The notes: generated from the letters alone by a model not told the origin. 64,000 bases of DNA from an uncultured Planctomycetaceae bacterium (GCA_964570285.1 CAZMXP010000010.1:10512-74511); one strand, 5' to 3'. Shown: positions 9,530-21,022, counted from the first letter of the stretch. Made by a program: numbers and translations.

Positions 9530-10603
9530 GTGAGCGAATTCCTCGAGTCCTTGGCCGTCGGCGAGCCGCTGTTCGAGCGCCGGAGCGATCCCGTGATCGA
9601 GCGCGAGGCGATGGCGCGCGCGGGCATGGTCTCGGAGATGCTCCACTACGTGCTGCCCAGCCGGTGGCTCGTGGAGGCGGTCACGACGCCGACCCGGCGC
9701 TCCTACGCGAGCGCGGACGAGATCAACCTCGCCGAGTTCGCGGCGTCGCAGGAGAATGCCTGCCGCCACTGCTACGGGGCGATGCGCTCGGTGCTCCGCC
9801 TGCTCGGGCACAGCGAGGCGCAGATCCTCCGGCTGGAGCGCGACCGGCAGACGATGGAGTTGGGGGCTCGGGGGCGAGGGGTCTACGACTTCGCGCGCGC
9901 GCTGGCCCGCTCGGACCCCCGCCCCGCGCGACCCGAACTGCAGGCGCTCGACCGCCTCGGCTTCTCGCGGAACGAATCGACGGAGATCGCGCTGAACGTG
10001 GCGATCGCCTGCTTCCTCAACCGCCTCGGGACCGCGCTGGCCATCCCGCCCGACGCGAATCTCGAAGCGATGCCGTCCAGGTGGATCGTGCGCCTGCTCG
10101 CCCCGCTCGTGCGCAGAAAGATGCGGGGCAGGCCGGTCCCTCCCCCCGCGGCCCCCCACCCAACTCCCGAGGTCCCGTTCGGCATGCTGATCCCGCTCCT
10201 CGGCCCCGTGCCGGGCGCGGCGAGTCTTGCTGGCACGATGGAGGCGGCCTTCCGCTCCGACGTGCTGACGCGGCGGGCGAAGACGCTCGCCTTCGCCGTC
10301 GTGGCGCGGACGATCGGCTGTGGCGTCTGCGAGGCGGAGGCGAGGCGCGCGCTCGAGGACGAGGGCATCGACGCCGCGGAGGCGGAGCGGATCCTCGCCC
10401 ATCTCGCGTCGCCAGCCCTCGATCCCGTGGAGGCGCTGCTCGTCCCCTATGCCCGCGAGACCGTGCGCTACCGGCCGGCGCAGATCCAGCAACGCACGCG
10501 CGAGTTGCTCGCCGCGCTCGGGCCCGACAGGACGCTCGAGGCCGTCGGCATCACGGCCCTCGCGAACGGGGTCGTGCGGCTCGGAATGCTCGCGGAATGC
10601 TGA
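9530..10603 (+). CDS. AhpD-like / carboxymuconolactone decarboxylase family protein, two-domain
   Basis: Two CxxC motifs in helical context (ENACRHCYGAM and TIGCGVCEAEA) typical of the AhpD/CMD fold; GTG start at 9530. Confidence 0.55.
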   Translation: MSEFLESLAVGEPLFERRSDPVIEREAMARAGMVSEMLHYVLPSRWLVEAVTTPTRRSYASADEINLAEFAASQENACRHCYGAMRSVLRLLGHSEAQILRLERDRQTMELGARGRGVYDFARALARSDPRPARPELQALDRLGFSRNESTEIALNVAIACFLNRLGTALAIPPDANLEAMPSRWIVRLLAPLVRRKMRGRPVPPPAAPHPTPEVPFGMLIPLLGPVPGAASLAGTMEAAFRSDVLTRRAKTLAFAVVARTIGCGVCEAEARRALEDEGIDAAEAERILAHLASPALDPVEALLVPYARETVRYRPAQIQQRTRELLAALGPDRTLEAVGITALANGVVRLGMLAEC

Positions 10604-11373
10604 CGTTCGCCCTCGTGGCACTCGGGGCGGCGCTTGCCGCGGCCTTAGGCGCTCTCGCGCTCCTTGAGCGATCCCGCTCCCGGTATGCGCGCGGCCTCGC
10701 GCGGGCGGCGGCGGACCTCGAGAGGCTTCAGACGGCGTTCGCCCGCTTCGCCCCGGCGGAGGTCGTCGAGCAGATCGCCGCGCGCGGGATCGCCCCCGAG
10801 GCGACGGAGCGGGAGGTGACGGTCCTCTTCGCGGACTTGAAGGGGTTCACGCCGCTTGCCGGCTCCCTCGGCCCCGAGAGCGTCGTCGATCTGCTGAACG
10901 GCTGGTTCCGCGAGATGAGCGCGGCGATCGTGGCGCACAACGGTCACGTGGCGAAGTTCCTCGGGGATGGCCTGATGGCGCTCTTCGGCGCGCTCGACCG
11001 GAACCCGTGGCAGGCGCGGGACGGGGTCGAGGCCGCGCTCGCGATGCGGGAGGCGCTTGCCCGCTACAATGAGGCGCTCCGGACGCGCGGCCTGCCGGCG
11101 CTCTCGTTCGGCGTCGGCCTCCACCGCGGCCCCGTCATCGCGGGCGTCATCGGCAGCGACGCGTGGATGGAGTACACCGTCGTCGGCGACACGGTCAATG
11201 TCGCGTCGCGGATCCAGGGGCTCACGCGGGTGCACGACACGGACATCCTCGTCAGCGAGGAGGTGCGCCTGGCCCTCGGCGACCGGTACTCGCTCCGGGC
11301 ACTCCCCCCCGCGCCGGTGCGCGGCAAGGCCGAGGCGATTCGTACCTACGCCGTCGAGCGCGCGGGGGCATAG
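10597..11373 (+). CDS. Membrane-anchored class III adenylate/guanylate cyclase
   Basis: ATG 10597 (7-nt overlap with upstream gene); N-terminal TM helix MLTFALVALGAALAAALGALALL; cyclase core FADLKGFTPLAG...GDGLMALFGA...GLHRGPVIAGVIGS. Confidence 0.8.
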   Translation: MLTFALVALGAALAAALGALALLERSRSRYARGLARAAADLERLQTAFARFAPAEVVEQIAARGIAPEATEREVTVLFADLKGFTPLAGSLGPESVVDLLNGWFREMSAAIVAHNGHVAKFLGDGLMALFGALDRNPWQARDGVEAALAMREALARYNEALRTRGLPALSFGVGLHRGPVIAGVIGSDAWMEYTVVGDTVNVASRIQGLTRVHDTDILVSEEVRLALGDRYSLRALPPAPVRGKAEAIRTYAVERAGA

Positions 11374-11397
11374 CGGCTCCCGTGTAGCAGCTCTGTT

Positions 11398-11411
11398 CGG
11401 CGGCGCCGCCG
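11398..11411. terminator. Self-complementary 14-mer CGGCGGCGCCGCCG between convergent cyclase gene and guaA; candidate bidirectional terminator
   Basis: Perfect palindrome read from sequence; sits between two convergent stop codons. Confidence 0.3.
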
Positions 11412-11431
11412 CACCTACTCCGTCGCTCGTT

Positions 11432-12970
<1,539 letters not shown>

Positions 12971-12972
12971 GC

Positions 12973-14439
12973 TCAGCGCTCGATCCTGTAGTTGGGGGCC
13001 TCCTTGGTGATCTCGATGTCGTGCGGGTGGCTCTCCGCGACGCCGGCGCCGCTGACGCGCAGGAAGCGCGACTTCGTGCGCAGCTCCTCGATGCTGCGCG
13101 TGCCGCAATAGCCCATCCCCTGCCGCAGCCCGCCGACGAGCTGGTGCACGAGCTCGGGGAGCTTGCCCTTGTAGGGCACGCGTCCCTCGACGCCTTCCGG
13201 CACGAACTTCTCCGTCGCGCGGATCTCCTGCTGGCCGTACCGGTCCTTGCTGCCCCGCGACATCGCGCCGAGGCTGCCCATGCCGCGGTATGTCTTGAAG
13301 GTGCGCCCGCCGTAGAGGACGGTCTCGCCGGGGCTCTCCTCGGTGCCGGCGAAGAGCGAGCCGACCATCACCGAGTGCGCGCCCGCCGCCAGTGCCTTGA
13401 CGATGTCGCCGCTGAAGCGGATGCCGCCGTCGGCGATGACCGGCACGTCGCGACCCGCGAGCCCTTTCGCCGCCGCCGCGATCGCCGAGAGCTGCGGCAC
13501 GCCGATGCCGGCGATCACCCGCGTCGTGCAGATGGAGCCGGGCCCGATGCCGACCTTCACGGCGTCCGCGCCCGCGTCCGCGAGGTAGACCGCCCCCTCC
13601 GCCGTCGCGATGTTGCCCGCGATGACGTCCACCTCCGGGTGGGCCTGCTTCAGGTGGGCGACGATCGTCCCGACGTTCCTGCTGTGGCCGTGCGCGGTAT
13701 CCACCGCGAGCACGTCGACCCCCTGCTCGACCAGCGCCGCCGCCCGCTCCCGCGCGTCCCCGACCGCGCCGATCGCCGCGCCGACGCGCAGCCGCCCCTT
13801 CGTGTCGAGGTTGGCCTGCGGGAACTCGAGCAGCTTGTTGATGTCCTTGATCGTGATGAGCCCCTGCAGCCTCATCTCCTTGTCCACGAGCAGGAGCTTC
13901 TCGACCTTGCTGCGGTGCAGGATGTCCTTCGCCTCCTCGAGCGTCGTGTCGATCGGCCCGGAGATCAGGTCGTCCCGCGTCATCACGTCCGCGATGCGGG
14001 CGTTGTCCTCGGTGCGGAAGCGCAGGTCGCGGCTCGTCAGGATGCCGACGACGCGCCCCTTCTCCAGGATCGGGATCCCGCTGATCTTGTTCTCCTCCAT
14101 CAGCCGCCGCGCGGTGCCCACCGACTCGTGGGGCGGCAGCGTGACCGGGTCGTAGATGATCCCGTTCACCGACCGCTTGACGAGATAGACCATCTTGACC
14201 TGCTGCTCGATCGAGAGGTTCTTGTGGATGAACCCGATGCCGCCCTGCTGGGCGAGCGAGATCGCGAGCGCCGACTCGGTGACGGTGTCCATCGCGGCGC
14301 TGGCGACCGGGATCCGCAGCCCGACCCGGCGGCTCAGCCGCGTCACGACATCCACGTCCGACCCGAGCACCTCGCTGTACCCGGGCAGCAGCAGCACGTC
14401 GTCGAACGTGATGCCCTCTCCTACGATGCGGTCCTGCAT
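12973..14439 (-). CDS. guaB: Inosine-5'-monophosphate dehydrogenase with CBS pair
   Basis: [24 protein letters not shown] start, catalytic loop [14 protein letters not shown] insert; ATG at revcomp 14437-14439. Confidence 0.9.
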   Translation of the reverse strand: MQDRIVGEGITFDDVLLLPGYSEVLGSDVDVVTRLSRRVGLRIPVASAAMDTVTESALAISLAQQGGIGFIHKNLSIEQQVKMVYLVKRSVNGIIYDPVTLPPHESVGTARRLMEENKISGIPILEKGRVVGILTSRDLRFRTEDNARIADVMTRDDLISGPIDTTLEEAKDILHRSKVEKLLLVDKEMRLQGLITIKDINKLLEFPQANLDTKGRLRVGAAIGAVGDARERAAALVEQGVDVLAVDTAHGHSRNVGTIVAHLKQAHPEVDVIAGNIATAEGAVYLADAGADAVKVGIGPGSICTTRVIAGIGVPQLSAIAAAAKGLAGRDVPVIADGGIRFSGDIVKALAAGAHSVMVGSLFAGTEESPGETVLYGGRTFKTYRGMGSLGAMSRGSKDRYGQQEIRATEKFVPEGVEGRVPYKGKLPELVHQLVGGLRQGMGYCGTRSIEELRTKSRFLRVSGAGVAESHPHDIEITKEAPNYRIER

Positions 14440-14557
14440 GCGCACCTCTTCTCCCGGGGGGGCGGGAGGGGCCATCGCACGCTCTGCGGGGCGCTCTCCC
14501 ACGCCCGGACTTGAAGCCCGGCAGTGTACCCCGCTCCGGCGACCATCCCAAGGATGA

Positions 14558-14587
14558 GGGGGGGGCCGCGGGGGGGGGCGGCCCCCC
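14558..14587. repeat. G7-CCGC-G9-CGG-C7 homopolymer hairpin module directly 3' of the saccharopine-DH-like gene
   Basis: Read from sequence; same design as the modules at 28046-28170 and 45078-45116. Confidence 0.45.
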
Positions 14588-15672
14588 TACGTGGAACGCC
14601 GGTAGTACCGCCCGAAGGGCGTCGCCATGAAGGCGTCGTAGGAGACCTCCTCCATGCGGACGAAGCCGCGGGCCGGGAGTTGGCCGTCGAGCAGCAGGTG
14701 CAGCACGCCGCAGACGCCCGCCGCCGTCGAGACCTCGATGCCGGTGAAGAAGTGCGCGCCGATGCGCTGGCCGTCCACCTTGCGCCAGAAGGTCTTCTCG
14801 GTGTAGCGCCCGCCCGACGTGCCGAGCCCGCGCACCGAGACGATCACGAAGTCGTCGACCGTCGCGGGGATGCTGCGGACGAAGATCTTGACCAGCTCCT
14901 CCGGATGCTGGCCGAAGCGGAGGTCCTCGATCAGGAATCGGATCAGTTCCAGGTGGCCCGGGTAGCGGATCGTCTTGTAGTCGAGGTGGCGGATCCGGCC
15001 CTGGTAGGTGTGGCAGAGCGTGCCGACGCCGCCGGAGGTCGTGAACGCCTCGTAGGTGACGCCGTCGATGATGACGACCTCCTGCCCTTCGAGGGGCGGG
15101 ACCATCGTGACCTCGCCCTCCCGCAGCGCCTCGCAGGGGTGGAGGTACTCGTTGACGAGCCCCTCGGTGGACCAGGTGAGGTTGTACTTGAGGCGGTTGT
15201 TCGGCTGGTCGGGCAGCGCGCCGACGCGCAGCGTGAGGGTGTCGACCTCGTCGAACTGGTCGATGATGTGCACGCCGGCGAGCGTGACGAAGCCCGGCGC
15301 GACGCCGCACTGGGGGATGAACGCGGTCGAGGACTCCTCCGCGAGATCCTTGACGAACTGCGTCACCTTCACGTCCTCGGTCAGGTCGAGGTAGTGCACG
15401 CCCGCCTCCGCGGCCGCCTCGGCGATCTCCGGGTTGGCGGCGAAGGGTGCGGCGGAGACGACGGCACGGCGCCCGGCGAGGGCCTCGACGAGGGCCTCCT
15501 TGCCGTCGAGCGGCCTCTCCCACGCGCGCGCGTCGGGCACCTCGGCGGCGACCTTGCGCGCGTTCTCCGGCACGAGATCGCCGATGCCGATCTCGTAGCC
15601 CCCCGCGCCCCCCAGCATGTGCACGATGGTCCGGCCCACGCGCCCGGCACCGACGACGAAGACCTGCTTCAT
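14587..15672 (-). CDS. Saccharopine dehydrogenase family NAD(P)-binding oxidoreductase
   Basis: N-terminal Rossmann motif [17 protein letters not shown]; overall Sacchrp_dh-like organisation. Confidence 0.7.
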   Translation of the reverse strand: MKQVFVVGAGRVGRTIVHMLGGAGGYEIGIGDLVPENARKVAAEVPDARAWERPLDGKEALVEALAGRRAVVSAAPFAANPEIAEAAAEAGVHYLDLTEDVKVTQFVKDLAEESSTAFIPQCGVAPGFVTLAGVHIIDQFDEVDTLTLRVGALPDQPNNRLKYNLTWSTEGLVNEYLHPCEALREGEVTMVPPLEGQEVVIIDGVTYEAFTTSGGVGTLCHTYQGRIRHLDYKTIRYPGHLELIRFLIEDLRFGQHPEELVKIFVRSIPATVDDFVIVSVRGLGTSGGRYTEKTFWRKVDGQRIGAHFFTGIEVSTAAGVCGVLHLLLDGQLPARGFVRMEEVSYDAFMATPFGRYYRRST

Positions 15673-15716
15673 CCGGGGGATTCTCCCCCGGGTGCCGTCG
15701 GCCGGGAAGGAATTGG

Positions 15717-17399
15717 CTACCGCGCCGCCCGCACGCGCACCGGGTCGCTCTCCCCCCCGCTCAGGTCGAGCGCGCAGGTGACGGCGACGTTGCCATCGAG
15801 GTGCAGCATCACGTTCGTCCAGCCCCAGGTCGAGGCCGGCAGCGGCGCGCGGTAGTAGGCCTCGCGGGTGCTTACCTTGCGCGCCCGCTCGAACCGCACG
15901 CCGAGACCGCCCGGCAGGACCGCGGTGACTTCGCGCGGAAGGCTGCGGCCGTCCCCGCTGCGCAGCAGGCGGACGAGCACGCCCGTACGCGGCGCGGCCT
16001 CGAGGGTCGTGCGCGAGACGTAGTCGGGGATCGGCCGGTCGAGACCGACCTCGTAGCCCTCGGCCCGGAGGAGGACATGCGTCCAGAGCGGGAAGGGGAA
16101 CTCGATCTCGCCGTGCCGGTCGGTCGTCACGACGAGCGGGAGTTCGTCGCCGCGGCTCGCCGCGAGGCGGTCCCCGAAGGGCACGACCTCGAGGTCGACG
16201 CCGCGCAGCGGGTGCCCGTGGAGATCGACGATGCGCACGCGGGTGAGGGCGGCGCGGTGGGGCGCGACGGGCCCGAGGCCGGGCCGCTCGTCGCTCGTCA
16301 GCGCCTTCAGGAACTCGACCAGGTCGTCGACCTCGCCCTGCGTCAGGTCGAGGGGACGGATCGCGCGGTCGAGGTGCGCGTTGGGCGTGCCGCCGCGATC
16401 GTAGTAGCGCACGACCTCTTCGAGGGTCTCGAACGACCCGTCGTGCATGAAGGGCGGGCGCCGCGCGACGTTGCGCAGGCTCGGCGTCTTGAACTTGCCG
16501 AGGTCGGCCATCGCGAAGCTCTGGTTCCCGCGCCCCTCGTCGCCGGTGACCGACCGGCGCAGGCCGATCGTCACATGCTGGAGCGCCACCCCCGTGTTGT
16601 GGAAGTCGCCGTCGGAGAGCGCGGGCGGCCGCCCGTCGCCCGCGGTGCTGTGGCAGGCGGCGCAGTTCGCCTTCCCCTGGAAGAGGGCCAGCCCGCGCCG
16701 CGCCGCCTCCCCCATGGCGTCCGGCTCCCCGGCGAGGTAGCGGTCATAGGGGCTCGGCCCCGACTCGAGGCTCAGCAAGTAGGCCTCCATCGCATCGATG
16801 ACGCGGTCGTTGGTCACGCCCGCATCGCCGAACGCCATCCGGAACCCCACGTCGTAATGGCCGAGTTCGGACAAACGCTCGGCGACGGTCACGGTCGGCG
16901 GCGTCCCCGGCGTGAGCGGCTTCTGCGGCCCGTAGTAGGGCGGCGTCAGATCGGCCATGCGCTTCTCGAAGGTGGGGCGATCGACCTCGCCGCCCCGCCC
17001 GAGGGAGGCGGCCATGTGCTTTTCGAGCAACTCGCGCTGCTGCGTCACCGCCTCCGCCGGCGTCGCGACGCGTGCAACCAGCAACTGCCGCACGGTGTCG
17101 AACTCGCCGTCCCAGTGCATGCCCTTGCCGTCCGCGAGATCGAGCACCGGCTGGCTGTGGCGTCGCGACGGCCCGTTCTCGTCGACGCTGACGGTCCGCG
17201 GGTCGGAGAAGCCGTGCTCCGGGTTGTGGCAGGAGGCGCAGGAGGTGCGCCCGGTCTGGCTCACCGCCGGGTCGAGGAAGAGCCGCCTCCCCAGCTCGAT
17301 CCGTGCGCCTTCCCTGCCCGACGCAGGCGGCGCGGCCGCGATCGCGCCGCCGAGCAACACGCATCCGAAGACCCCGAGTAGCCAGTGACGAGCCGACAT
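15717..17399 (-). CDS. Di-haem cytochrome c peroxidase (CCP/MauG family) fused to a C-terminal ~190-aa CarbopepD_reg-like beta-sandwich domain
   Basis: Two CxxCH motifs ([22 protein letters not shown]), signal peptide; C-terminal extension [22 protein letters not shown]...[10 protein letters not shown] is not present in canonical ~340-aa CCPs. Confidence 0.8.
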   Translation of the reverse strand: MSARHWLLGVFGCVLLGGAIAAAPPASGREGARIELGRRLFLDPAVSQTGRTSCASCHNPEHGFSDPRTVSVDENGPSRRHSQPVLDLADGKGMHWDGEFDTVRQLLVARVATPAEAVTQQRELLEKHMAASLGRGGEVDRPTFEKRMADLTPPYYGPQKPLTPGTPPTVTVAERLSELGHYDVGFRMAFGDAGVTNDRVIDAMEAYLLSLESGPSPYDRYLAGEPDAMGEAARRGLALFQGKANCAACHSTAGDGRPPALSDGDFHNTGVALQHVTIGLRRSVTGDEGRGNQSFAMADLGKFKTPSLRNVARRPPFMHDGSFETLEEVVRYYDRGGTPNAHLDRAIRPLDLTQGEVDDLVEFLKALTSDERPGLGPVAPHRAALTRVRIVDLHGHPLRGVDLEVVPFGDRLAASRGDELPLVVTTDRHGEIEFPFPLWTHVLLRAEGYEVGLDRPIPDYVSRTTLEAAPRTGVLVRLLRSGDGRSLPREVTAVLPGGLGVRFERARKVSTREAYYRAPLPASTWGWTNVMLHLDGNVAVTCALDLSGGESDPVRVRAAR

Positions 17400-17419
17400 C
17401 GCTGTACCTCCGGGAATTG

Positions 17420-17441
17420 AAACGGGCCAGGGCGCCCGTTT
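17420..17441. promoter_or_regulatory. 8-bp-stem hairpin AAACGGGC-CAGGGC-GCCCGTTT immediately upstream of the RBS of the cytochrome c peroxidase gene (5' leader)
   Basis: Read from sequence; on the minus strand it is followed by GGAGG and the ATG at 17399. Confidence 0.3.
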
Positions 17442-17477
17442 GAATCTCCGCTAATCTAGCAGAGGATTGGGGGGGCC

Positions 17478-17606
17478 CGTCGCCCGCTGCGCGGGCTATG
17501 GGCCCTAAAGGGCCCGAGGCGGTCGGCCGCTGCGCGGGCTATGGGCCCTAAAGGGCCCGAGGCGGTCGGCCGCTGCGCGGGCTATGGGCCCTGAAGGGCG
17601 CCGGAG
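17478..17606. repeat. Tandem repeat, 43-bp unit x3 (GGTCGGCCGCTGCGCGGGCTATGGGCCCTAAAGGGCCCGAGGC), each unit containing GGGCCC-TAAA-GGGCCC hairpin
   Basis: Three near-identical head-to-tail copies read from sequence; third copy has TGAA instead of TAAA. Confidence 0.85.
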
Positions 17607-17764
17607 CAGGTCACGCGCGCACGAAACGGACGCCCTCGCGTCCCTTTGAGGTCGTCATCCTCGGTCCAGAGCGTCGCCGCGTGGGCCCGCGCGGTTGCGA
17701 GGAGGATGCCGCGCGAGCTCGGCAGGGTGCAATGGCCGCCCAAGGTCACCGGGAACTGCGCGGT

Positions 17765-18172
17765 GCGGTGGATCACCGCCTTCGTCTTGAAGGAGGAGAT
17801 GAGGAACCCAGGAACTAAGGAACCGAGGAAGAGGCGGATTCGATTATCCGAGTACCGGGATGCTCCCCTTTGCTCTCATGGATTCCTCCCTTCCTGGGTT
17901 CCTCATCAAATCCGACACCCTCGTCCCTGATCGCTCGTACGCCATGCCCGCAGAGTCCTCGCCGCTGGCGCGGATCCCGACGAGTCAGTGGATTCGAGCG
18001 GGGGGAACGAAAACCACGGAGGCACGAAGACACGATGGGGCTTCCGCGACCCGGTGCGCTCCCCGCGCGCAGGCTCGTCGCTGCCCATTCTCCGTGCCTT
18101 CCTGCCTTCGTGGTCATTGTTCTGGATGACCGGTGCAGCGGCCTGCGCTGATTTGATTGCGGCGTCAAGCCG
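17765..18172 (+). repeat. Copy 1 of a ~400-bp lower-GC repetitive element with nested inverted repeats (GGAACCCAGGAA...TTCCTGGGTTCC; CACGAAG.CACGGAG...CTCCGTGCCTTCGTG); MITE or structured-RNA-like
   Basis: About 85% identical over ~380 bp to 45163-45530; partial homologs at 21023-21640 and 28262-28452 (inverted); intergenic. Confidence 0.75.
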
Positions 18173-18434
18173 CGCTGCGGCTCAACACGACCCGTCCCGA
18201 GGCGCCAGACTGTCGGCTCGGGCAGCCCTCCTCGGCCTCGGCCGCCGCGTATGGGGCCCGTCAGGACCGCTGAGCGATTCCTGTGCGAACGACTGCGAGT
18301 CCGCAGCGGGCGCCAAGACCGGCCCAGAGGAGCGATGAGGCCGAGGCGTAGGGCACCCGCCGCCCGCTCCCCCCGGGCGTGCGCGGAGGCGGCGGGGCCC
18401 TCCTAGCGGCCCCCGCCGCCTCCGACTTAACAAG

Positions 18435-18453
18435 GCAAACGCAACGCGTTTGC
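18435..18453. terminator. Palindrome GCAAACGC-AAC-GCGTTTGC (8-bp stem, 3-nt loop) immediately 3' of the DinB-like gene; candidate terminator or operator
   Basis: Read from sequence; followed on the minus strand by CTTGTTAAG. Confidence 0.3.
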
Positions 18454-18463
18454 TTTGGTCGCC

Positions 18464-18976
18464 TTACCCCATCCCCCACAGGTTCATCGTGTTGACGGGC
18501 TTGCCCTGCAGCTTCAGGTAGTAGAAGAGCTGGGACTTGTGCGCCGCGAGGTGCTTGGCGCACTCGAGCATCTGCTGGCCCAGCGGCTTCATCGTCGGGT
18601 CCCACGGCGCGGCGACCTGCTTGGTGGCGAGGTTCTTCTCGCCCGCCTCGACGATCGTGCCGAGGGCGAGCTTCTTGTCGGCGGCGAGCGCCTTCTTCGT
18701 CTCGGCGAGGCTCGCCGTCGTCGGCAGCTTCTCGGCCGGCGGCAGCATCTCCTCCGGATTCGCGTCCGCCGGCATCCCCCAGTCCCCGGTGACAAACCCC
18801 TTGCACATCGCGCCGCACGAGGTCTCGAGGTGCTTGAGAAGCTGCCCCATCGTCATCCAGTTCGAGCCCGTCGCGGGCTTCCAGTTGAGCTTGTCCTTGT
18901 CGACCATCGCCACGAGCCCCTCCGTCGCGCGGAAGGCCGATTCGATCTCGCTCTTCAGAAGTTCGGTCCAGTTCAC
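18464..18976 (-). CDS. DinB/YfiT-like (DinB_2 four-helix-bundle) family protein
   Basis: GTG start at 18976 preceded by GGAGGA RBS (7-nt spacing); NWTELLKSEIESAFRATEGLVAMVDKDKLNWKPATGSNWMTMGQLLKHLE is typical of the DinB_2 family; the remaining ~690 codons of the track ORF are artefact. Confidence 0.6.
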   Translation of the reverse strand: MNWTELLKSEIESAFRATEGLVAMVDKDKLNWKPATGSNWMTMGQLLKHLETSCGAMCKGFVTGDWGMPADANPEEMLPPAEKLPTTASLAETKKALAADKKLALGTIVEAGEKNLATKQVAAPWDPTMKPLGQQMLECAKHLAAHKSQLFYYLKLQGKPVNTMNLWGMG

Positions 18977-19017
18977 GTTGCGATCCTCCTCCCGGGGATC
19001 AGCCCCCGGACCCCCGA

Positions 19018-19815
19018 TTATCGCACCGCCGGCAGCGGGCGGTTGCGCTGTTTGACGGACGCTTCGTAGAGCTTTTTCGCCTCGGGCATCCACGCGCGCA
19101 TGTTCTCGATCCGGTTCTCCGGGTCGGGATGCGTCGACAGGAACTCCGGCGGCCGGCCTCCGCCCAGCGCCGCCATCCGCTCCCATACACCGATGGCCGC
19201 CTCGGGGTCGTAGCCCGCTTTCGCGGCGAGCATCAGGCCGTAGTGGTCGGCCTCGCTCTCGTGGGAGCGGCTGTAGGGGAGCAGCACGCCGACCGTCGCG
19301 CCCGCGCCGAGCGCCGCGACAATCTCGTTCTTGTACTTGTGGTCCGAGAGGCCCACCGACGCGCCCGCGAGCAGCACCTGCGTCGTGATGCCCTGGCTCA
19401 TGCGCTCGTTGCCGTGCTGCAGGATCGCGTGCATGACCTCGTGGCCCATCACGATGGCCATGCCCGCCTCGTCCTGCAGGATCGGGTAGATCGCCGTGTA
19501 GAAGGCGATCTTGCCGCCGGGCATGCACCAGGCGTTGACCGTCTTGTTGTCGTCGATCAGCTTGAACTCCCACTCGTACTCCGGCTTGTCCGCCGCCGCG
19601 GCGATGGCGGCGCCGACGCGCTGCAACGGCGCGTTCAGCGCAGGGTCGGTGTTGATGCGCGTCTCCTTCGACTTGAAGACCTCGGCGTAGGCCTCGGCGC
19701 CGAGTTTCGACATGGCTTCGTCGGAGTACCAGAGGTGCTGCTTGCGGCCGGTGACCGGGTTGGTCTTGCAGGTCGAGAGCAGAAGCAGCAGCAGGATCAG
19801 GGGGAGTCGCTTCAT
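19018..19815 (-). CDS. M48-family Zn-metallopeptidase lipoprotein (YcaL/BepA-like)
   Basis: MKRLPLILLLLLLSTC lipobox; HEVMHAILQH zincin motif; downstream E-x-x-x-D. Confidence 0.8.
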   Translation of the reverse strand: MKRLPLILLLLLLSTCKTNPVTGRKQHLWYSDEAMSKLGAEAYAEVFKSKETRINTDPALNAPLQRVGAAIAAAADKPEYEWEFKLIDDNKTVNAWCMPGGKIAFYTAIYPILQDEAGMAIVMGHEVMHAILQHGNERMSQGITTQVLLAGASVGLSDHKYKNEIVAALGAGATVGVLLPYSRSHESEADHYGLMLAAKAGYDPEAAIGVWERMAALGGGRPPEFLSTHPDPENRIENMRAWMPEAKKLYEASVKQRNRPLPAVR

Positions 19816-19858
19816 GGGCGCATTCTCCCCCGGAAGGGGCCCGTGGTAAACCTGTGCC

Positions 19859-21004
19859 ATGCGCGCCTACGGCTCCGCCGACGACCCCGCCCCCCCGGAG
19901 GGGCCGCTCGCCCCCGACCTGACCCGCTCGACCACCTTCCGCCACGCCACCGGCGAGCGGCTGAGGGCGGTCGGTACCGGCGAGGCCGCCGGCGAGTTCT
20001 ACCCGCGCTACGGCCACCCCAACGGGCGGGAGTTCGAGCGCGCCGTGGCGCGAATGGAGGGGGCCGCGGGGGCCGTCGCCTTCGCGTCGGGCATGGCGGC
20101 GCTGCACGCGGTGCTCTGCGGCCTCTGCAGCAGCGGCGAGACGGTGGCGGCGTCGCGCGACCTCTACGGCGGCACCGTCGCCGTGCTCGACAAGGACCTG
20201 CCGCGGTTCGGCATCGACGTGAAGCGGTTCGACCCGTTCCATCCGGTGGGGCTGCCGGTCGCGCCAAGGCTCATCGTCGTCGAGTCGCCGACCAACCCGC
20301 TCTGCCGCGTGCCCGACCTGCCGGCGCTGGCCGCGATCGCCCGGGCGACCGGCGCGATCCTCTGCGTCGACTCGACCTTCGCGCCGCCGCCGATCGGCCG
20401 CGCGCTGGCGCTCGGCGCCGACCTCGTCATGCACAGCGTGACGAAGTTCTTCGGCGGCCACAGCGACGTGCTCGGCGGCGTGATCGCGGGCCCCCACCGC
20501 CTGCTCGAGAAGATCGAGGGGTTCCGGCGCCGCACCGGCGGCATCCTGTCGCCCGACAGCGCATGGCTCGCGACGCGTTCGATGAAGACGCACGAACTGC
20601 GCGTGAGCCGCCAGCAGGAGAACGCGGGGCGCCTCGCGCGCTTCCTCGAGGGCCGCGTGCGCCGCGTCTGCTACCCCGGCCTCGCGAGCCACCCCGACCA
20701 CGAGATCGCCCGCCGCGACATGAACGGCTTCGGCACGATCGTCTCGTTCGAAGTCGACGGCGGCCTCGACGGCGCGCTGCGCGTCTACGACCGGTTCAGG
20801 CTGATCGCCCGCGCCGTCTCCCTCGGCGGCCTCGATTCGAAGGCTTCGCTGCCGCTGCACACGAGCCACGCCCCGGTCTCCGCCGAGGACCGCGCCCGCT
20901 CCGGCATCGCCGACGGCCTGATCCGGTTGAGCGTCGGCATCGAGGAGGCGGCGGAACTCGAGGCGGACCTGGCGCAGGCGCTCGGGGGCGATCGCGCTCC
21001 GTGA
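19859..21004 (+). CDS. PLP-dependent Cys/Met metabolism enzyme (cystathionine gamma-synthase / beta-lyase / methionine gamma-lyase family)
   Basis: Family fold with PLP-lysine context HSVTKFFGGHSDVLGGV. Confidence 0.8.
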   Translation: MRAYGSADDPAPPEGPLAPDLTRSTTFRHATGERLRAVGTGEAAGEFYPRYGHPNGREFERAVARMEGAAGAVAFASGMAALHAVLCGLCSSGETVAASRDLYGGTVAVLDKDLPRFGIDVKRFDPFHPVGLPVAPRLIVVESPTNPLCRVPDLPALAAIARATGAILCVDSTFAPPPIGRALALGADLVMHSVTKFFGGHSDVLGGVIAGPHRLLEKIEGFRRRTGGILSPDSAWLATRSMKTHELRVSRQQENAGRLARFLEGRVRRVCYPGLASHPDHEIARRDMNGFGTIVSFEVDGGLDGALRVYDRFRLIARAVSLGGLDSKASLPLHTSHAPVSAEDRARSGIADGLIRLSVGIEEAAELEADLAQALGGDRAP

Positions 21005-21022
21005 TGGCGCGCCGATAGGAAG

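Noticed and set aside
9664-10596. N-terminal 310 codons of the 569-aa ORF preceding the adenylate cyclase domain
   Set aside because: It overlaps the AhpD-like gene in another frame and translates to Arg/Pro/Gly low complexity. The cyclase has its own ATG plus a TM helix at 10597.
17478-17606. CRISPR array?
   Set aside because: The repeats are perfectly tandem with no unique spacers between them, and no cas genes are nearby. It is a minisatellite, not a CRISPR.
17860-18338. Small ORFs inside the repetitive elements with peptides conserved between copies (e.g. ..SSG.NENHGG.K.R...RDPVR..RAGSSLP.LRAFL.SWSL)
   Set aside because: Peptide conservation is explained by 85% nucleotide identity, and ORFs exist in several overlapping frames on both strands. 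There is no RBS, and low-GC hairpin structure dominates. They are treated as non-coding pending a Ka/Ks test.
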